DNA of 64,000 nucleotides from Candidatus Moraniibacteriota bacterium (GCA_038208115.1 JBBQZC010000005.1:667-64666); one strand, 5' to 3'. Shown: positions 15,467 through 26,120, numbered from the stretch's first letter. Notes: generated by a model from the sequence alone, not told the origin. Translations and numbers: made by a program.

Positions 15467-18454
15467 TTAATTTTTCAATAATTCTAAAAAAGTGACATAC
15501 TCACTAAGTGATTTATCATTAAATTTCTCTGTGATGGATTTATCAAGAAATGCACCACTTAAAATATCTTGTGCAAATATATTAATTTCTTTTTTTAGCT
15601 CTTCCACATCGGAATCCGTAACTGCAATCACCTGCTTTTCATATTCATGCGTCATAGGATGCGGTTCAATAAAATCCAGAATGCCCTGGGTCATATTAAA
15701 TTGATGTTCATTATATTCATTCAATAATAATTTATAAAAAACAACTTGCCTCTTGAGTGATTCTTTTTTCTCTTTTGTATATTTACTCCATGGCTTACCT
15801 GTTTTATAATCTACTACAATTACTGTTTTTTCGTCTGTAAATTCCATTTTATCGATTTTTCCAGTCAATAATATTTTTTCCCCCGAATTCAATGTAAATG
15901 GAATACCTGATATTTTTTTTTCTACCACAACTTGATATGACAACTCACTGCTATACTTTTCATAATATCCTTTAAGCGCTTTCTCACCACGTTTTTTAAT
16001 TGAATCATAATATTCTCTCGGCGTACGCATGACAAGCATCGCACGATAAAAGAAATCTATTAAATCTTCCTGTGATAGTACATGACCCTCTTTTTGTGAA
16101 AGTGTAAAAAATCGCTCTAATGCAGAATGCAAAACAGTACCATAGAACATCGTTTTATTTGGCGCACTCGGAATACGCACGAGATTACGAAAAAAATACA
16201 ATAGCGGTGATTCAAAATAATTGTTTAGAGCTGTTGCAGACAATTGTGTTCGCAAAAATTTATCCCTAATATAGTCTAGAGACACAAGAGATGTCACACT
16301 CTGCATACGTGGCATGAAAAACACATCTTCACTCCCATGCATTTTTACATTCTTCATATCGATTAAACATGCTTTGAGATCCGCAATAAAAAGTGACGGC
16401 AATTTCTCTCGCCCATCTTTATCATAATCAGCATAAGAAATCGTCAAAGATCTTTTGGCACGTGTAATTGCGACATAAAACAATCGCCTCTCATCTTCCA
16501 TATCACCACTAACCGTATTAATCGGCAATACAAATTTTTGAGATTTTCTTTTGCCGCCCCATAATCCATGTATGGCATTGGTAACATACACATGCTCATA
16601 CTCCAAGCCTTTCGAGCCATGTGCTGTCATTAATTGCACTCCGTTCATAACACTGGGACGCACTACACTTAACGACAAGTTATACTCATCAAAACTATTT
16701 ATATACATAATGAAATCCCCAAGATCATACTGTTTTTTTTCTATGACACATTCACGCACCTCATCAAATATTCTTTCCAAATTTTTCAGAAGAAAAATAT
16801 GATCACTGCATGACATTACATGTTTCAGAAATCCAGACTCTCTCACAAAATTTTCAAAAAACTCCACAAAATACATATTATGCGCATTAATTTTTTGATC
16901 CTTAATCAATTGCGCGAATGTAGATATAGCAATAATATTTTTAACGCCGGCTTCTTGTAATACTTTTTCTTGTGATAAACAGTGATACAACGACATATTG
17001 TACACGCATCGATTGTAATATTCCAAAATCAATAAAGCATCGTCAACATCCACTTGTGATAAATTCATCAATAATGCCTTCCCTAATACATGATCATCCA
17101 TCGGATCATTAATAACTTGCAAAAAAAGAATGAGCTTTTGTATTTCTACATTATCCAAAGCATTTTGCTTTGAAACAATAACATATGGCACATGCATTTT
17201 TTCAAGCACTTCCTTAATATATTTTAGATTATTGTGTTCACGATAAAATATGGCAATGTCTTTTGGCAAAACACCAGAAAGGATTTTTTTATGAATATCA
17301 TCTGCAATAGAAATCAACTCATCTCTGTATTCTCCGTAGCGCAATACACGAATATCTGCATGATCATCAGTTGTTGCAACGAGCTCTTTGTGTAAATTTC
17401 CATGTAAACCTCCACTGATCAATGTATGGGCTTCATCAAGGATACCTTGTGCGCTTCGATAATTCTCTTCAAGATGAATAATCACTGCACGAGAAAACCT
17501 TTTTTCAAAATGTAAAAAATTATCCACACTCGCGCCTTGAAATCTATATATTGCCTGCTTATCGTCCCCCACTGTGAATAAGTTTGGATAATCACCTAAA
17601 TGTTCTGCATGAGTCAAAACGGCAATTATACGATTTTGTCCATCATTTGTGTCTTGATGTTCATCCACTAAAATATACTGATATTGTTCACAAAGAATTG
17701 ATGTAAGTTCCTCATCTTTTTCTGCAATCTCTACAAATTGCATGATCATATCTGTAAAATCATAAAGTTTTTTTTCTCTCAGTACCTGTTGATAAATATC
17801 ATACACTCTTTGTAGTTCTCTATTTTTTTCAATGGGTTTTAAAACACCTGATTTGAGATCGTCTTTTTTATTTTTTTTAGTAGTACGTTTATAATATGAA
17901 TTAGGATCAGCAAGAATTTCCTTTTCTTGCATTGCAATCCTTGCGACAAATATATCTGGTGAGACGCCTTCTCTCTTTAACTGATCAATCGCGTAAATAA
18001 TATCTTTTATATAGTGATGGTCGCTCCCGAATGTTTTTAATAATTGCAATTCCTCCTCATGAAGAATTTTTTCAATAATATGAATTTTCTCAATCTCGGT
18101 TGCGACGCGCGCATATGTAATTAATGGGAAATAATCAGGATATCTACCGATTTGCTCTTCGCAAAAGCTATGAAATGTAAAGATGTTTGTGCGATACGCA
18201 CTTTCAGCGCCGATGAATAATGACAATCTTTCTCGCATGGCAATAACGCCAGCATTAGTAAATGTAAGTGCAAGAATATTTTCTGGACCGATACCGGCTC
18301 CTGCACTTCGTAAAATATTTGCAATCCGCAATGTTAATATCTGCGTCTTACCAGTGCCTGGTCCAGCCACAACAATCACAGGTCCTTCTATAGTATCAAC
18401 AGCTCTTTTTTGTGCATCATTTAATTTCTGGTATTGTACATCAAAATCTTGCAT
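15467..18454 (-). CDS. UvrD/PcrA-family SF1 DNA helicase with C-terminal PD-(D/E)XK (RecB/Cas4-like) nuclease domain (AddA-like single chain)
   Basis: Walker A GPGTGKTQILT; helicase motifs VDEHQDTN, ...MTAHGSKGLEYEHVYV; C-terminal VVDYKTGKPW nuclease motif. Confidence 0.8.
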   Translation of the reverse strand: MQDFDVQYQKLNDAQKRAVDTIEGPVIVVAGPGTGKTQILTLRIANILRSAGAGIGPENILALTFTNAGVIAMRERLSLFIGAESAYRTNIFTFHSFCEEQIGRYPDYFPLITYARVATEIEKIHIIEKILHEEELQLLKTFGSDHHYIKDIIYAIDQLKREGVSPDIFVARIAMQEKEILADPNSYYKRTTKKNKKDDLKSGVLKPIEKNRELQRVYDIYQQVLREKKLYDFTDMIMQFVEIAEKDEELTSILCEQYQYILVDEHQDTNDGQNRIIAVLTHAEHLGDYPNLFTVGDDKQAIYRFQGASVDNFLHFEKRFSRAVIIHLEENYRSAQGILDEAHTLISGGLHGNLHKELVATTDDHADIRVLRYGEYRDELISIADDIHKKILSGVLPKDIAIFYREHNNLKYIKEVLEKMHVPYVIVSKQNALDNVEIQKLILFLQVINDPMDDHVLGKALLMNLSQVDVDDALLILEYYNRCVYNMSLYHCLSQEKVLQEAGVKNIIAISTFAQLIKDQKINAHNMYFVEFFENFVRESGFLKHVMSCSDHIFLLKNLERIFDEVRECVIEKKQYDLGDFIMYINSFDEYNLSLSVVRPSVMNGVQLMTAHGSKGLEYEHVYVTNAIHGLWGGKRKSQKFVLPINTVSGDMEDERRLFYVAITRAKRSLTISYADYDKDGREKLPSLFIADLKACLIDMKNVKMHGSEDVFFMPRMQSVTSLVSLDYIRDKFLRTQLSATALNNYFESPLLYFFRNLVRIPSAPNKTMFYGTVLHSALERFFTLSQKEGHVLSQEDLIDFFYRAMLVMRTPREYYDSIKKRGEKALKGYYEKYSSELSYQVVVEKKISGIPFTLNSGEKILLTGKIDKMEFTDEKTVIVVDYKTGKPWSKYTKEKKESLKRQVVFYKLLLNEYNEHQFNMTQGILDFIEPHPMTHEYEKQVIAVTDSDVEELKKEINIFAQDILSGAFLDKSITEKFNDKSLSEYVTFLELLKN

Positions 18455-18460
18455 AATATA

Positions 18461-18718
18461 TTACTTTTTTACATTGTCATATTCTGCAGTATTAATGGTT
18501 TTTGCAGGACTTTTTTTCTTCTGAAAAAGATGTGAAACATCAAAGCCAAAATACGACAAAACAGACAGCAACAAAAACGTTGCCGTAGCTTCATCTAAAT
18601 TTCCAACACCAGGAATATTATCAGGTAAAAATTCCAATAATCCAGCAGTCGGATTAATCAAATACACAAATGCCAATATGCCTACAATAAAAACTAATAC
18701 GCTTTTCATACTTATCAA
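18461..18718 (-). CDS. DUF1232 (YkvA-like) small membrane protein
   Basis: LINPTAGLLEFLPDNIPGVGNLDEATATFLLL. Confidence 0.6.
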   Translation of the reverse strand: MISMKSVLVFIVGILAFVYLINPTAGLLEFLPDNIPGVGNLDEATATFLLLSVLSYFGFDVSHLFQKKKSPAKTINTAEYDNVKK

Positions 18719-18821
18719 CCGTCAAAGATTATATATCTATACTACCTCATAATAATACAAAAAACAAAACATCAATTTATATACCATCGTTTTGCTTTAA
18801 TTTTCTTAAAATTTGCCGTCA

Positions 18822-19910
18822 CTACACACTAATTACCTCAGACTCACTTTGCATTTTAGTAATACGAATAATCTTGAATTCTCGCAAAAACATAAAAAGA
18901 ATTCGCGCAAAGAATCCAGAACTTATCCTTACAATCGGTGCAATGGATAAAAGTACAATGAAAAATGTTGAGCCAAAAATTTCAATTTGATAATCCCTCA
19001 ACATAGTATTACCCGTAATAATACGATTGACTTGTATGTCTATAAGATCACTCACTACCTGTGAAATAAGTTCGTTTCCCTGCAATGTACTACCGAGTAT
19101 TTCTGACATATTACTTCGCATTTGGATAATTGCTTGATCCTCAGCACTTTTTTTTATTTGTTCCAACGTTGCTCCTGTAATCTGTCCAGCCCATCGCACA
19201 AGCATGCCATCATCTCCCTCAACACGCTGACTATCTGCTGATGAATTGTTTTGAGATGTGTTAATGACAAAATGTAAAAATTCATCTACGGTCATTGTGC
19301 GTACTGACATATCCCCTACCATACTTTTTTGCAATAAATATTCTGCAGCTTTGTTCGATATATTTACTTGATTACTAATGTCAAATATGAAGTTCTCATT
19401 GTTTTTAATATAAAAATAATATTGACTAGAAATCACAATTACCAAAGACAGACTTACAGGGATAATTCCGCTCCGAATGATAGTTGGCATATCGATTTTG
19501 ATCAAGTTAAAGAGTGTGTGTCGCATCATATGAAATCCATATAACGCAATGCCCATCATAATTACTACTACAATAATATGTTGTAATACAGGCATAAAAA
19601 TAATACTTGGCAAAAAAGAAATCAACACAATTGGTGCAATCAATTTTTTGATACCTACAGTAACTGAAAAAACAATAAAAAAAGCTATAAAAACAGACGC
19701 TGCAATCATTGGAGCAATCCATGTGCTATGCGCAATACCCGTAATTGACCGCATAACAAGAAGAAAAAATACAGCCCCGCAACCAGTTACTATCACAGAC
19801 ATTATCATATCAAACGTACGAATTTTTTTGTGATTGTTTTTTTCACCCATATCTATATACATATATTTTATTTTATTAAATATATTATAGCATAAAATCT
19901 TTTTTTCCAT
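18822..19910 (-). CDS. Hypothetical polytopic membrane protein
   Basis: Long ORF with five or more predicted TM helices and a central soluble region. No recognisable family. True start may lie downstream of the listed Met. Confidence 0.45.
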   Translation of the reverse strand: MEKKILCYNIFNKIKYMYIDMGEKNNHKKIRTFDMIMSVIVTGCGAVFFLLVMRSITGIAHSTWIAPMIAASVFIAFFIVFSVTVGIKKLIAPIVLISFLPSIIFMPVLQHIIVVVIMMGIALYGFHMMRHTLFNLIKIDMPTIIRSGIIPVSLSLVIVISSQYYFYIKNNENFIFDISNQVNISNKAAEYLLQKSMVGDMSVRTMTVDEFLHFVINTSQNNSSADSQRVEGDDGMLVRWAGQITGATLEQIKKSAEDQAIIQMRSNMSEILGSTLQGNELISQVVSDLIDIQVNRIITGNTMLRDYQIEIFGSTFFIVLLSIAPIVRISSGFFARILFMFLREFKIIRITKMQSESEVISV

Positions 19911-20221
19911 TACTCACATCTTCATCATATAAAAACATCTAAAAATCACACGAGAAAATACCATCATAGTAATTTATAAAAGTTATTCAGATTGCACTCT
20001 GAAAAAGCAAATATAAAATTTCATTACTACGAGGTTTTTCACAATAATTAACTCTCATAATATGTCGCGTCTGTTTTTTTATGAAAATAAGAAAGAAAAA
20101 AGCAGAGAGAACCAATCATAATAATAAACGCAATGTACCAAAAATACCAGGAAGTGCCTCCTATGCACTCATACACGTAGACATATTTATTGAAATTCTA
20201 TTTTTAGAAATAATACTATTA

Positions 20222-20863
20222 TTATTCTTCAAAAAGAATTGGAAAGGAGAAGCTTCCTGCGTTTTCAGGGAGTCCTGAAGGGTTGCTTTTTTGAAAAATG
20301 ATATCTCCTCCAGTTGATCCATTTATGTCAAATTTTATTTCTGCTTTAAATGGTACATATTCATCTGTCATCGAATCTCCCTGAGCTTGAGCTACACCTT
20401 CACCTAAAACAGAGCCTCCTATATCAACTATTTTGACAGGAAAAGACGCCTCAAAGAACCATGACCCCTTTGCCTCTCCAGTAATTTTTAGTGGACTTTT
20501 TATTGTTGCATTAACAGTTGGAGACATAACACGAATATTTATCCCCTCAGCAACTTTTTGACTATCTATCTCTACCATCTCTTTGTCTGGCATCGCTCTA
20601 CTTTCATTTACTAACTCGCTGTCACCATCTCTTTTACAAGCAATTTCTGGTTTAGAGTCACGTGGGCTACCCTGTGCTATCCATTCACCATCTTTGCACA
20701 CCCATTCATTTTGTCTATTATACCAAAACCAAACGCTGATTAGCACTATTATGAAAATAATTATGAAAATAATTATTTTTTTTAATCTACCATCTTTATC
20801 TTTTTTTACATATTTTACATCTCTTGCATCTCTCATGCCTGTCATGTTTCTCATGTCTCTCAT
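20222..20863 (-). CDS. Membrane-anchored Gmad2 (immunoglobulin-like GerMN-related) domain protein
   Basis: N-terminal TM IIIFIIIFIIVLISVWFW; IKSPLKITGEAKGSWFFEASFPVKIVDIGGSVLGEGVAQAQGD...VPFKAEIKF. Confidence 0.55.
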   Translation of the reverse strand: MRDMRNMTGMRDARDVKYVKKDKDGRLKKIIIFIIIFIIVLISVWFWYNRQNEWVCKDGEWIAQGSPRDSKPEIACKRDGDSELVNESRAMPDKEMVEIDSQKVAEGINIRVMSPTVNATIKSPLKITGEAKGSWFFEASFPVKIVDIGGSVLGEGVAQAQGDSMTDEYVPFKAEIKFDINGSTGGDIIFQKSNPSGLPENAGSFSFPILFEE

Positions 20864-21054
20864 ATTATTTTCTTTAAAAATTATAATTACAAATCTCTAT
20901 ATATTATTCTATATATTTACATTTTATCACAACATGTAAAATTTAATCAATTTTTTGAAATTATTTTTTCAAAACTATCATTTTTGATGCAAAAAACCCC
21001 TCGGAATTACAAAATAATTTTTTATTGGTAAGATATTCAGTATTTGAAAAGTAT

Positions 21055-21081
21055 TAAAACCGATGAGTACGCATCGGTTTT
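21055..21081. terminator. Rho-independent terminator downstream of dnaK (appears bidirectional)
   Basis: ttaaaaccgatg-agtacg-catcggtttta. Confidence 0.65.
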
Positions 21082-21105
21082 AATATTAACTACCAAGAAA
21101 TATAG

Positions 21106-23022
21106 TTATTTCTTTTCCCCCTCTTTTGTTGCATCTTCAACTTCTGCTTCTTTGGCACCACCTTCTTCTTTTGATGCTTCTGTTGCAGATTTTTCTTTTG
21201 CTGCGGCCTCTTGTGCTATTTTATATAGTTTTTCACCAATCTTTTGTGCTACCGTTGAAAGATCTTCTGTTGCAGTTTTAATTTTTGCACCATCTGCTTT
21301 TTCATCTTTCAAAACTTCTTTGAGTGCATCAACTTTTTCTTGTACTGGTTTCTTCTCATCCTCAGTAAGTTTATCACCAGCATCTTTCATCGCCTTTTCG
21401 GTTGTAAATACGAGTGTGTCTGCTGCATTGCGAATCTCAATAAGTTCTTTTTTCTTCTTATCTTCTTCCGCGTGTATCTCTGCATCTTTGGTCATACGCT
21501 CAATCTCTTCTTTAGAGAGACCTGATGAACCCTCAATCTTGATTGATTGTTCTTTACCAGAAGCCTTGTCGACCGCTTTGACACTGAGAATACCGTTTGC
21601 ATCAATGTCAAATGCCACCTCTACTTGTGGAACACCACGTGGCGCTGGCGGAATACCGTCAAGAATAAATCGTCCCAATGTTTTATTATCAGATGCCATT
21701 TCACGTTCTCCTTGGAGTACATGGATTTCTACGCTTGGTTGATTATCCATTGCCGTCGAAAAAACCTGAGACTTACTCGCTGGAATTGTAGTATTTTTGT
21801 CGATCAGTGGTGTACGCACACCGCCCATTGTTTCAATGCCAAGCGTGAGTGGAGTCACATCGAGGAGAAGTACATCTTTGACATCCCCCTGAAATACACC
21901 TCCTTGTATTGCTGCACCCATAGCGACAACTTCATCTGGATTGACAGTCATGTTTGGTTTCTTACCAAAAAATTCTTCTACTGTTTTCTGGATAATCGGC
22001 ATACGTGTCATGCCACCTACCAAAATCACTTCATCAATATCACTCTTTGTAAATCCTGCATCTTTTAATGCCTTTGCTGTTGGAATCAACGTTTTTTGGA
22101 CGAGATCATGGACGAGCTCTTCAAGCTTTGCACGAGTCAACGTCATCACAAGATGTTTTGGACCCTCATTACTTGTTGTAATAAATGGCTGATTGATTTC
22201 TGTTTGCTCTGCAGTTGAAAGTTCAATCTTTGCTTTTTCCGCCGCTTCTTTGACGCGTTGCAATGCAAGATTGTCATTCGCCAATTCTATGCCTTCTGCT
22301 TTTTTGAACTCCGTCAAGATCCACTTAATCACGATTTGATCAAAGTCATCCCCACCAAGATGTGTATCCCCATTTGTTGCTTTTACTTCAATCGTATCGT
22401 TACTTACTTCAAGAATCGACACATCAAATGTGCCACCTCCGAGATCATACACTGCAATCTGCTCATCATTTTTCTTATTGAAACCATACGCAAGCGCAGC
22501 TGCTGTTGGTTCATTAATCACACGACGCACTTTGAGCCCTGCAATTTCACCTGCTTCCTTAGTTGCTTTACGTTGTGCATCATCAAAGTATGCTGGTACG
22601 GTAATCACCGCCTCTTCAATCTTTTCGCCGAGCTTTGCCTCTGCATCAGCCTTGAGCTTTCCAAGTACCATCGCGCTGATTTCTTGTGTTGTATAATCTT
22701 TATCGCCCATCTTTACCTTGATACTGCCATTATCAGCTTTCACAAGAGTATATGGAGACAATTTCATATCTGCTTGTACTTCAGCATCATCAAAATGACG
22801 TCCTATGAAACGCTTGATACTATAAAGCGTATTTATCGGATTTGTAACTGCTTGACGCTTCGCCAACAAGCCTACGAGTCGCTCGCTATTTTTATTCACA
22901 GCAATCATCGATGGAGTCGTGCGATTTCCTTCCTTGTTTTCGATAATCTCTGGTTTACCACCTTCAATGATTGCCATTGCTGAGTTGGTAGTACCAAGAT
23001 CAATACCCAATATTTTTCCCAT
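21106..23022 (-). CDS. dnaK: Chaperone DnaK (Hsp70)
   Basis: [19 protein letters not shown]..., [12 protein letters not shown], 638 aa full length. Confidence 0.97.
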   Translation of the reverse strand: MGKILGIDLGTTNSAMAIIEGGKPEIIENKEGNRTTPSMIAVNKNSERLVGLLAKRQAVTNPINTLYSIKRFIGRHFDDAEVQADMKLSPYTLVKADNGSIKVKMGDKDYTTQEISAMVLGKLKADAEAKLGEKIEEAVITVPAYFDDAQRKATKEAGEIAGLKVRRVINEPTAAALAYGFNKKNDEQIAVYDLGGGTFDVSILEVSNDTIEVKATNGDTHLGGDDFDQIVIKWILTEFKKAEGIELANDNLALQRVKEAAEKAKIELSTAEQTEINQPFITTSNEGPKHLVMTLTRAKLEELVHDLVQKTLIPTAKALKDAGFTKSDIDEVILVGGMTRMPIIQKTVEEFFGKKPNMTVNPDEVVAMGAAIQGGVFQGDVKDVLLLDVTPLTLGIETMGGVRTPLIDKNTTIPASKSQVFSTAMDNQPSVEIHVLQGEREMASDNKTLGRFILDGIPPAPRGVPQVEVAFDIDANGILSVKAVDKASGKEQSIKIEGSSGLSKEEIERMTKDAEIHAEEDKKKKELIEIRNAADTLVFTTEKAMKDAGDKLTEDEKKPVQEKVDALKEVLKDEKADGAKIKTATEDLSTVAQKIGEKLYKIAQEAAAKEKSATEASKEEGGAKEAEVEDATKEGEKK

Positions 23023-23132
23023 ATATTATTTTATTAATTAGTTACTTGATAAAGATAATAATTCAATTCTATTATCATCTTCTCCTTCTCCTCTTCCACA
23101 AAATTATGAAAGAGGATAGGATTAGATGATAG

Positions 23133-23552
23133 CTATTTACCTTTGATGCTTACAGAGATCTTCTTTGGCTTTGATTCTTCTGCCTTTGGCAAAACCACTC
23201 GCAAAACACCTTTTTCATATTCAGCATTCGCTTCAGATCCTTTTACTGCTACAGGTAATATTACCGAGCGAGAAAATGACCCATGACGAATTTCTTTACG
23301 ATAATAGTCCTCCTTCTTTATCTCTTTTTTTTCTGTCACTTCACCAGAAATCGTCAACACATCATTCTCAACTGCGATATTGATTTTTTCAGGATCTATT
23401 CCGGGTAATGATGTTTCGATGATAAGATCATCATTGTCCTGATAAACATCAATTGCTGGTGCAAAATTTTGATTTGCAAACGGGAAGAAATTTTCACCAA
23501 AAAAACGATCAATATCCGTAGCTGGCGTAAAACGCATAATTTCTCGTGTCAT
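23133..23552 (-). CDS. Small heat-shock protein (Hsp20/alpha-crystallin family)
   Basis: AIDVYQDNDDLIIETSLPGIDPEKINIAVENDVLTISGE...GVLRVVLPK. Confidence 0.85.
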   Translation of the reverse strand: MTREIMRFTPATDIDRFFGENFFPFANQNFAPAIDVYQDNDDLIIETSLPGIDPEKINIAVENDVLTISGEVTEKKEIKKEDYYRKEIRHGSFSRSVILPVAVKGSEANAEYEKGVLRVVLPKAEESKPKKISVSIKGK

Positions 23553-23588
23553 AATGTGTTCACCCCCCTTCTAGATAATTACTATTTA

Positions 23589-24476
23589 CTACCCCAACAC
23601 CACGCGTGCTGGTCGCAATATTTTTGCTCCAATCTTATATCCGGGTTGCGCAATTTTTTCAATTTTTAAATCCTCTTTCAATTTTTCATCACCATCTTTT
23701 TTAATTGCCTCCATCGTATGTGGATTAAATTCATCTCCAATATTGATTTCGATTTTCACCACACCATGCTCTTCAAGCACTTTTTCCATTTGTTGTTGTA
23801 TATACATAATACCCGTCACCCATGGATTATCTTTCGCATCTTCTGGTATATGATCAGTCGCTGCATGAAAATTATCCAATACTGGCAGTATATCGCTGAT
23901 AACACCTCCTGCTGCGTACGCGACAAATTCCTTCTGATTTTCACTTTGTCGTTTTTTATAATTGTCAAAGTCAGCCAATGTGCGCTTCCAACCATCATAT
24001 GCCCCTATAAGTTCAAGCTGCCCTTCTGCTTTTCGAATTGCATCTTTGACCCACTGATCAATCTTTTTATTTTTCAAAATATCTTCAGCAGACACCCACT
24101 TACATTCACTATGTTCATTACTTAAAACAATTTCTCCACTCTCATACATCACTAAATATGACATAATCACACCATATAATTCATCATGATATGGAACACA
24201 CACCCCACTCAAAGGACCAATCACACGATAAGTAACATCCCCCAACTCTTCTGCAACCTCTCGCGCAAATGACTCTTCTAGATTTTCATCAGCATCTACA
24301 CGACCTCCGGCAAATTGCCATGCACCTTTCTCAATTTTTAATGTATTTTCTTTTACGAGAAGATACTTTTTTTGGTGAGGATCATACAAAACTGCTCGCT
24401 GAGAATAATACATCTGTGCATTCTTTTTTATATCTTTCATGATTTTTTTATTTAATGAATTTATATAATAATACAT
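23589..24476 (-). CDS. grpE: NUDIX hydrolase-GrpE fusion protein (N-terminal Nudix domain, C-terminal GrpE nucleotide-exchange-factor domain)
   Basis: Nudix box GGRVDADENLEESFAREVAEELGD in the N-terminal ~145 aa. C-terminal ~150 aa DFDNYKKRQSENQKE...ILPVLDNFHAA...GYKIGAKILRPARVVLG is GrpE-like. Single uninterrupted ORF. True start is probably an internal Met (MKDIKK or MYYSQ), since the listed start overlaps hrcA. Confidence 0.7.
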   Translation of the reverse strand: MYYYINSLNKKIMKDIKKNAQMYYSQRAVLYDPHQKKYLLVKENTLKIEKGAWQFAGGRVDADENLEESFAREVAEELGDVTYRVIGPLSGVCVPYHDELYGVIMSYLVMYESGEIVLSNEHSECKWVSAEDILKNKKIDQWVKDAIRKAEGQLELIGAYDGWKRTLADFDNYKKRQSENQKEFVAYAAGGVISDILPVLDNFHAATDHIPEDAKDNPWVTGIMYIQQQMEKVLEEHGVVKIEINIGDEFNPHTMEAIKKDGDEKLKEDLKIEKIAQPGYKIGAKILRPARVVLG

Positions 24477-25195
24477 ATAACCACACTCATGCCACCAAGA
24501 AATTTTTTGACATAATTTATAAGTGACTTATTACGCTCATATGCCATATTCTTCGGACCGATCAGAGCTACAATCCCCTTCTCCCCATCTTTTTCATATT
24601 GACTGACGACCATAGAATAATTTGTTGCTTTTCCAATTGGATTATCTGCCCCAATAAAAATCTTAGTCTCACCATCTGCTAACTCCAACATCAATCCTTC
24701 ACATCGTTCATCAATATAATCCAAGCTCTCTGCCAATTGACATAATTCATCCAAATCTTCTGCTTCCACATCACGCAAAAGTGAACGTAGACCAAATTCA
24801 GAAAAATCATTTTTTTGTGGAAGGCCACTCACTGCTACATAACCACTGAGAGTAGATAATAACTTTGCAGTTGTACGTGTGAGCCGTGTGTTTTGCGCCT
24901 TGAGTTGCAATAATTCTTTTTGTAATGTTTGTTGTTCTTTTTTTGAAAGTTCTCGATCTGGCATGATTTCCTCTACAAAATGACGATATCCCGCATCTGT
25001 CGGGATGCGCCCTGCACTTGTATGTGGCTGATACAGATATCCTGAATCCTCAAGATGTCCCATATCATTACGCAGCGTTGCTGGTGATACCTGAAAACCA
25101 TATTTATCCACCAATATCGAAGATCCTACAGGAAGACCTGTTTTTGTGTATTCTTCGATCACTGCAACTAAAATTTTTGACTGTCGTTCATTCAT
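24461..25195 (-). CDS. hrcA: Heat-inducible transcription repressor HrcA (short form)
   Basis: MNERQSKILVAVIEEYTKTGLPVGSSILVDKYGFQVSPATLRNDM; CIRCE immediately upstream. Confidence 0.85.
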   Translation of the reverse strand: MNERQSKILVAVIEEYTKTGLPVGSSILVDKYGFQVSPATLRNDMGHLEDSGYLYQPHTSAGRIPTDAGYRHFVEEIMPDRELSKKEQQTLQKELLQLKAQNTRLTRTTAKLLSTLSGYVAVSGLPQKNDFSEFGLRSLLRDVEAEDLDELCQLAESLDYIDERCEGLMLELADGETKIFIGADNPIGKATNYSMVVSQYEKDGEKGIVALIGPKNMAYERNKSLINYVKKFLGGMSVVICIII

Positions 25196-25214
25196 GTTCT
25201 TATTATAAATATGA

Positions 25215-25241
25215 TTAGCACTCTTGTCAAGAGAGTGCTAA
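25215..25241. promoter_or_regulatory. CIRCE operator (TTAGCACTC-N9-GAGTGCTAA), HrcA binding site
   Basis: Perfect match to the CIRCE consensus, read directly at 25215-25241, 20 nt upstream of the hrcA start. Confidence 0.9.
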
Positions 25242-25249
25242 TTACACCA

Positions 25250-25284
25250 GAAAAAGAAAACTAGATACGATCACAGTCGTATCC
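25250..25284 (-). terminator. Rho-independent terminator downstream of 25296..25721, upstream of the hrcA operon
   Basis: gatacga-tcacag-tcgtatc stem-loop preceded on the plus strand by agaaaaagaaaa (U-tract on the minus-strand transcript). Confidence 0.5.
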
Positions 25285-25295
25285 AGTTTTGTAAA

Positions 25296-25721
25296 TTATG
25301 ATGCCGTCATCCTGGCACATTGCTCACGATGAGCGATTCGATGTACATTTTTCACTTCTTGTATAGTGGAATTTTTTTGTGCAACAAATTCTTCTGAAAG
25401 ATACTGTGCGCAAAAATGTCCATTTCTTTGAATCCATACGCGAAGCTTCCGTCTGATGCCTTGTGCGATAATAGGAATAATGATTTCTTTACAATTGCCT
25501 GTAAGTACGATTATATTCACTGATAATCCCGCATCTTTACAGTCAACTCCCAGTCCATCACACGCACTTCGCCATGATTCTATTGGCACGCCCATGATGA
25601 TGTATTTTTTTGCAATTGGAGCACCTCGCCAGTTTTGATAATGTTGACAGTGTCCAATAATTTTCTGGAAATTGATCCGTGTTGTTGCTGGAACTTTCCT
25701 CATACAGTTCTCCTTGGTCAA
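25296..25721 (-). CDS. Hypothetical protein (Cys/His-rich, no family recognised)
   Basis: ORF only; sits between the hrcA operon and yidD. Confidence 0.4.
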   Translation of the reverse strand: MTKENCMRKVPATTRINFQKIIGHCQHYQNWRGAPIAKKYIIMGVPIESWRSACDGLGVDCKDAGLSVNIIVLTGNCKEIIIPIIAQGIRRKLRVWIQRNGHFCAQYLSEEFVAQKNSTIQEVKNVHRIAHREQCARMTAS

Positions 25722-25727
25722 GTGAAT

Positions 25728-26027
25728 TTAGTTAATCTTATGTTTATCAATAATACTCTTTGCTAAACGAAAAACTACTTCTCGATCTTTATGACCTGCC
25801 GGCAAACGTCGAGCATCACCAACTTTTTGAACAAGACCTTCTGCCTCTACATCTTTAGCAAGCTCTTGAAAATCAACAATTGGTCTATATCCGGAACCAT
25901 ACTTCTCAAAATACCATAATAAATACCGCACACTCGGATTTGGAAAACCGAGATTTTTCACCAATCGCAAAGCACCTGTTTTGGTAAGAACTTCCATATC
26001 TCCTTGAATCATGACCATAAAATACAA
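25728..26027 (-). CDS. Hypothetical protein
   Basis: ORF only; 7-nt spacing to the downstream gene. Confidence 0.4.
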   Translation of the reverse strand: MYFMVMIQGDMEVLTKTGALRLVKNLGFPNPSVRYLLWYFEKYGSGYRPIVDFQELAKDVEAEGLVQKVGDARRLPAGHKDREVVFRLAKSIIDKHKIN

Positions 26028-26120
26028 CCTCCTACGGTGTAAATCGCCAACCTCCCCACGAGACCAGCTTATCTTCTTGCACTCTTATGCACAAAGACAA
26101 ACTGACCTCTCTAAAATATT

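Noticed and set aside
21044-22983. Plus-strand ORFs 21044-21742, 21547-22068 and 22258-22983 (232, 173 and 241 aa)
   Set aside because: They are antisense to dnaK, with low-complexity or Cys/Phe-rich translations and no recognisable domains. These are typical shadow ORFs.
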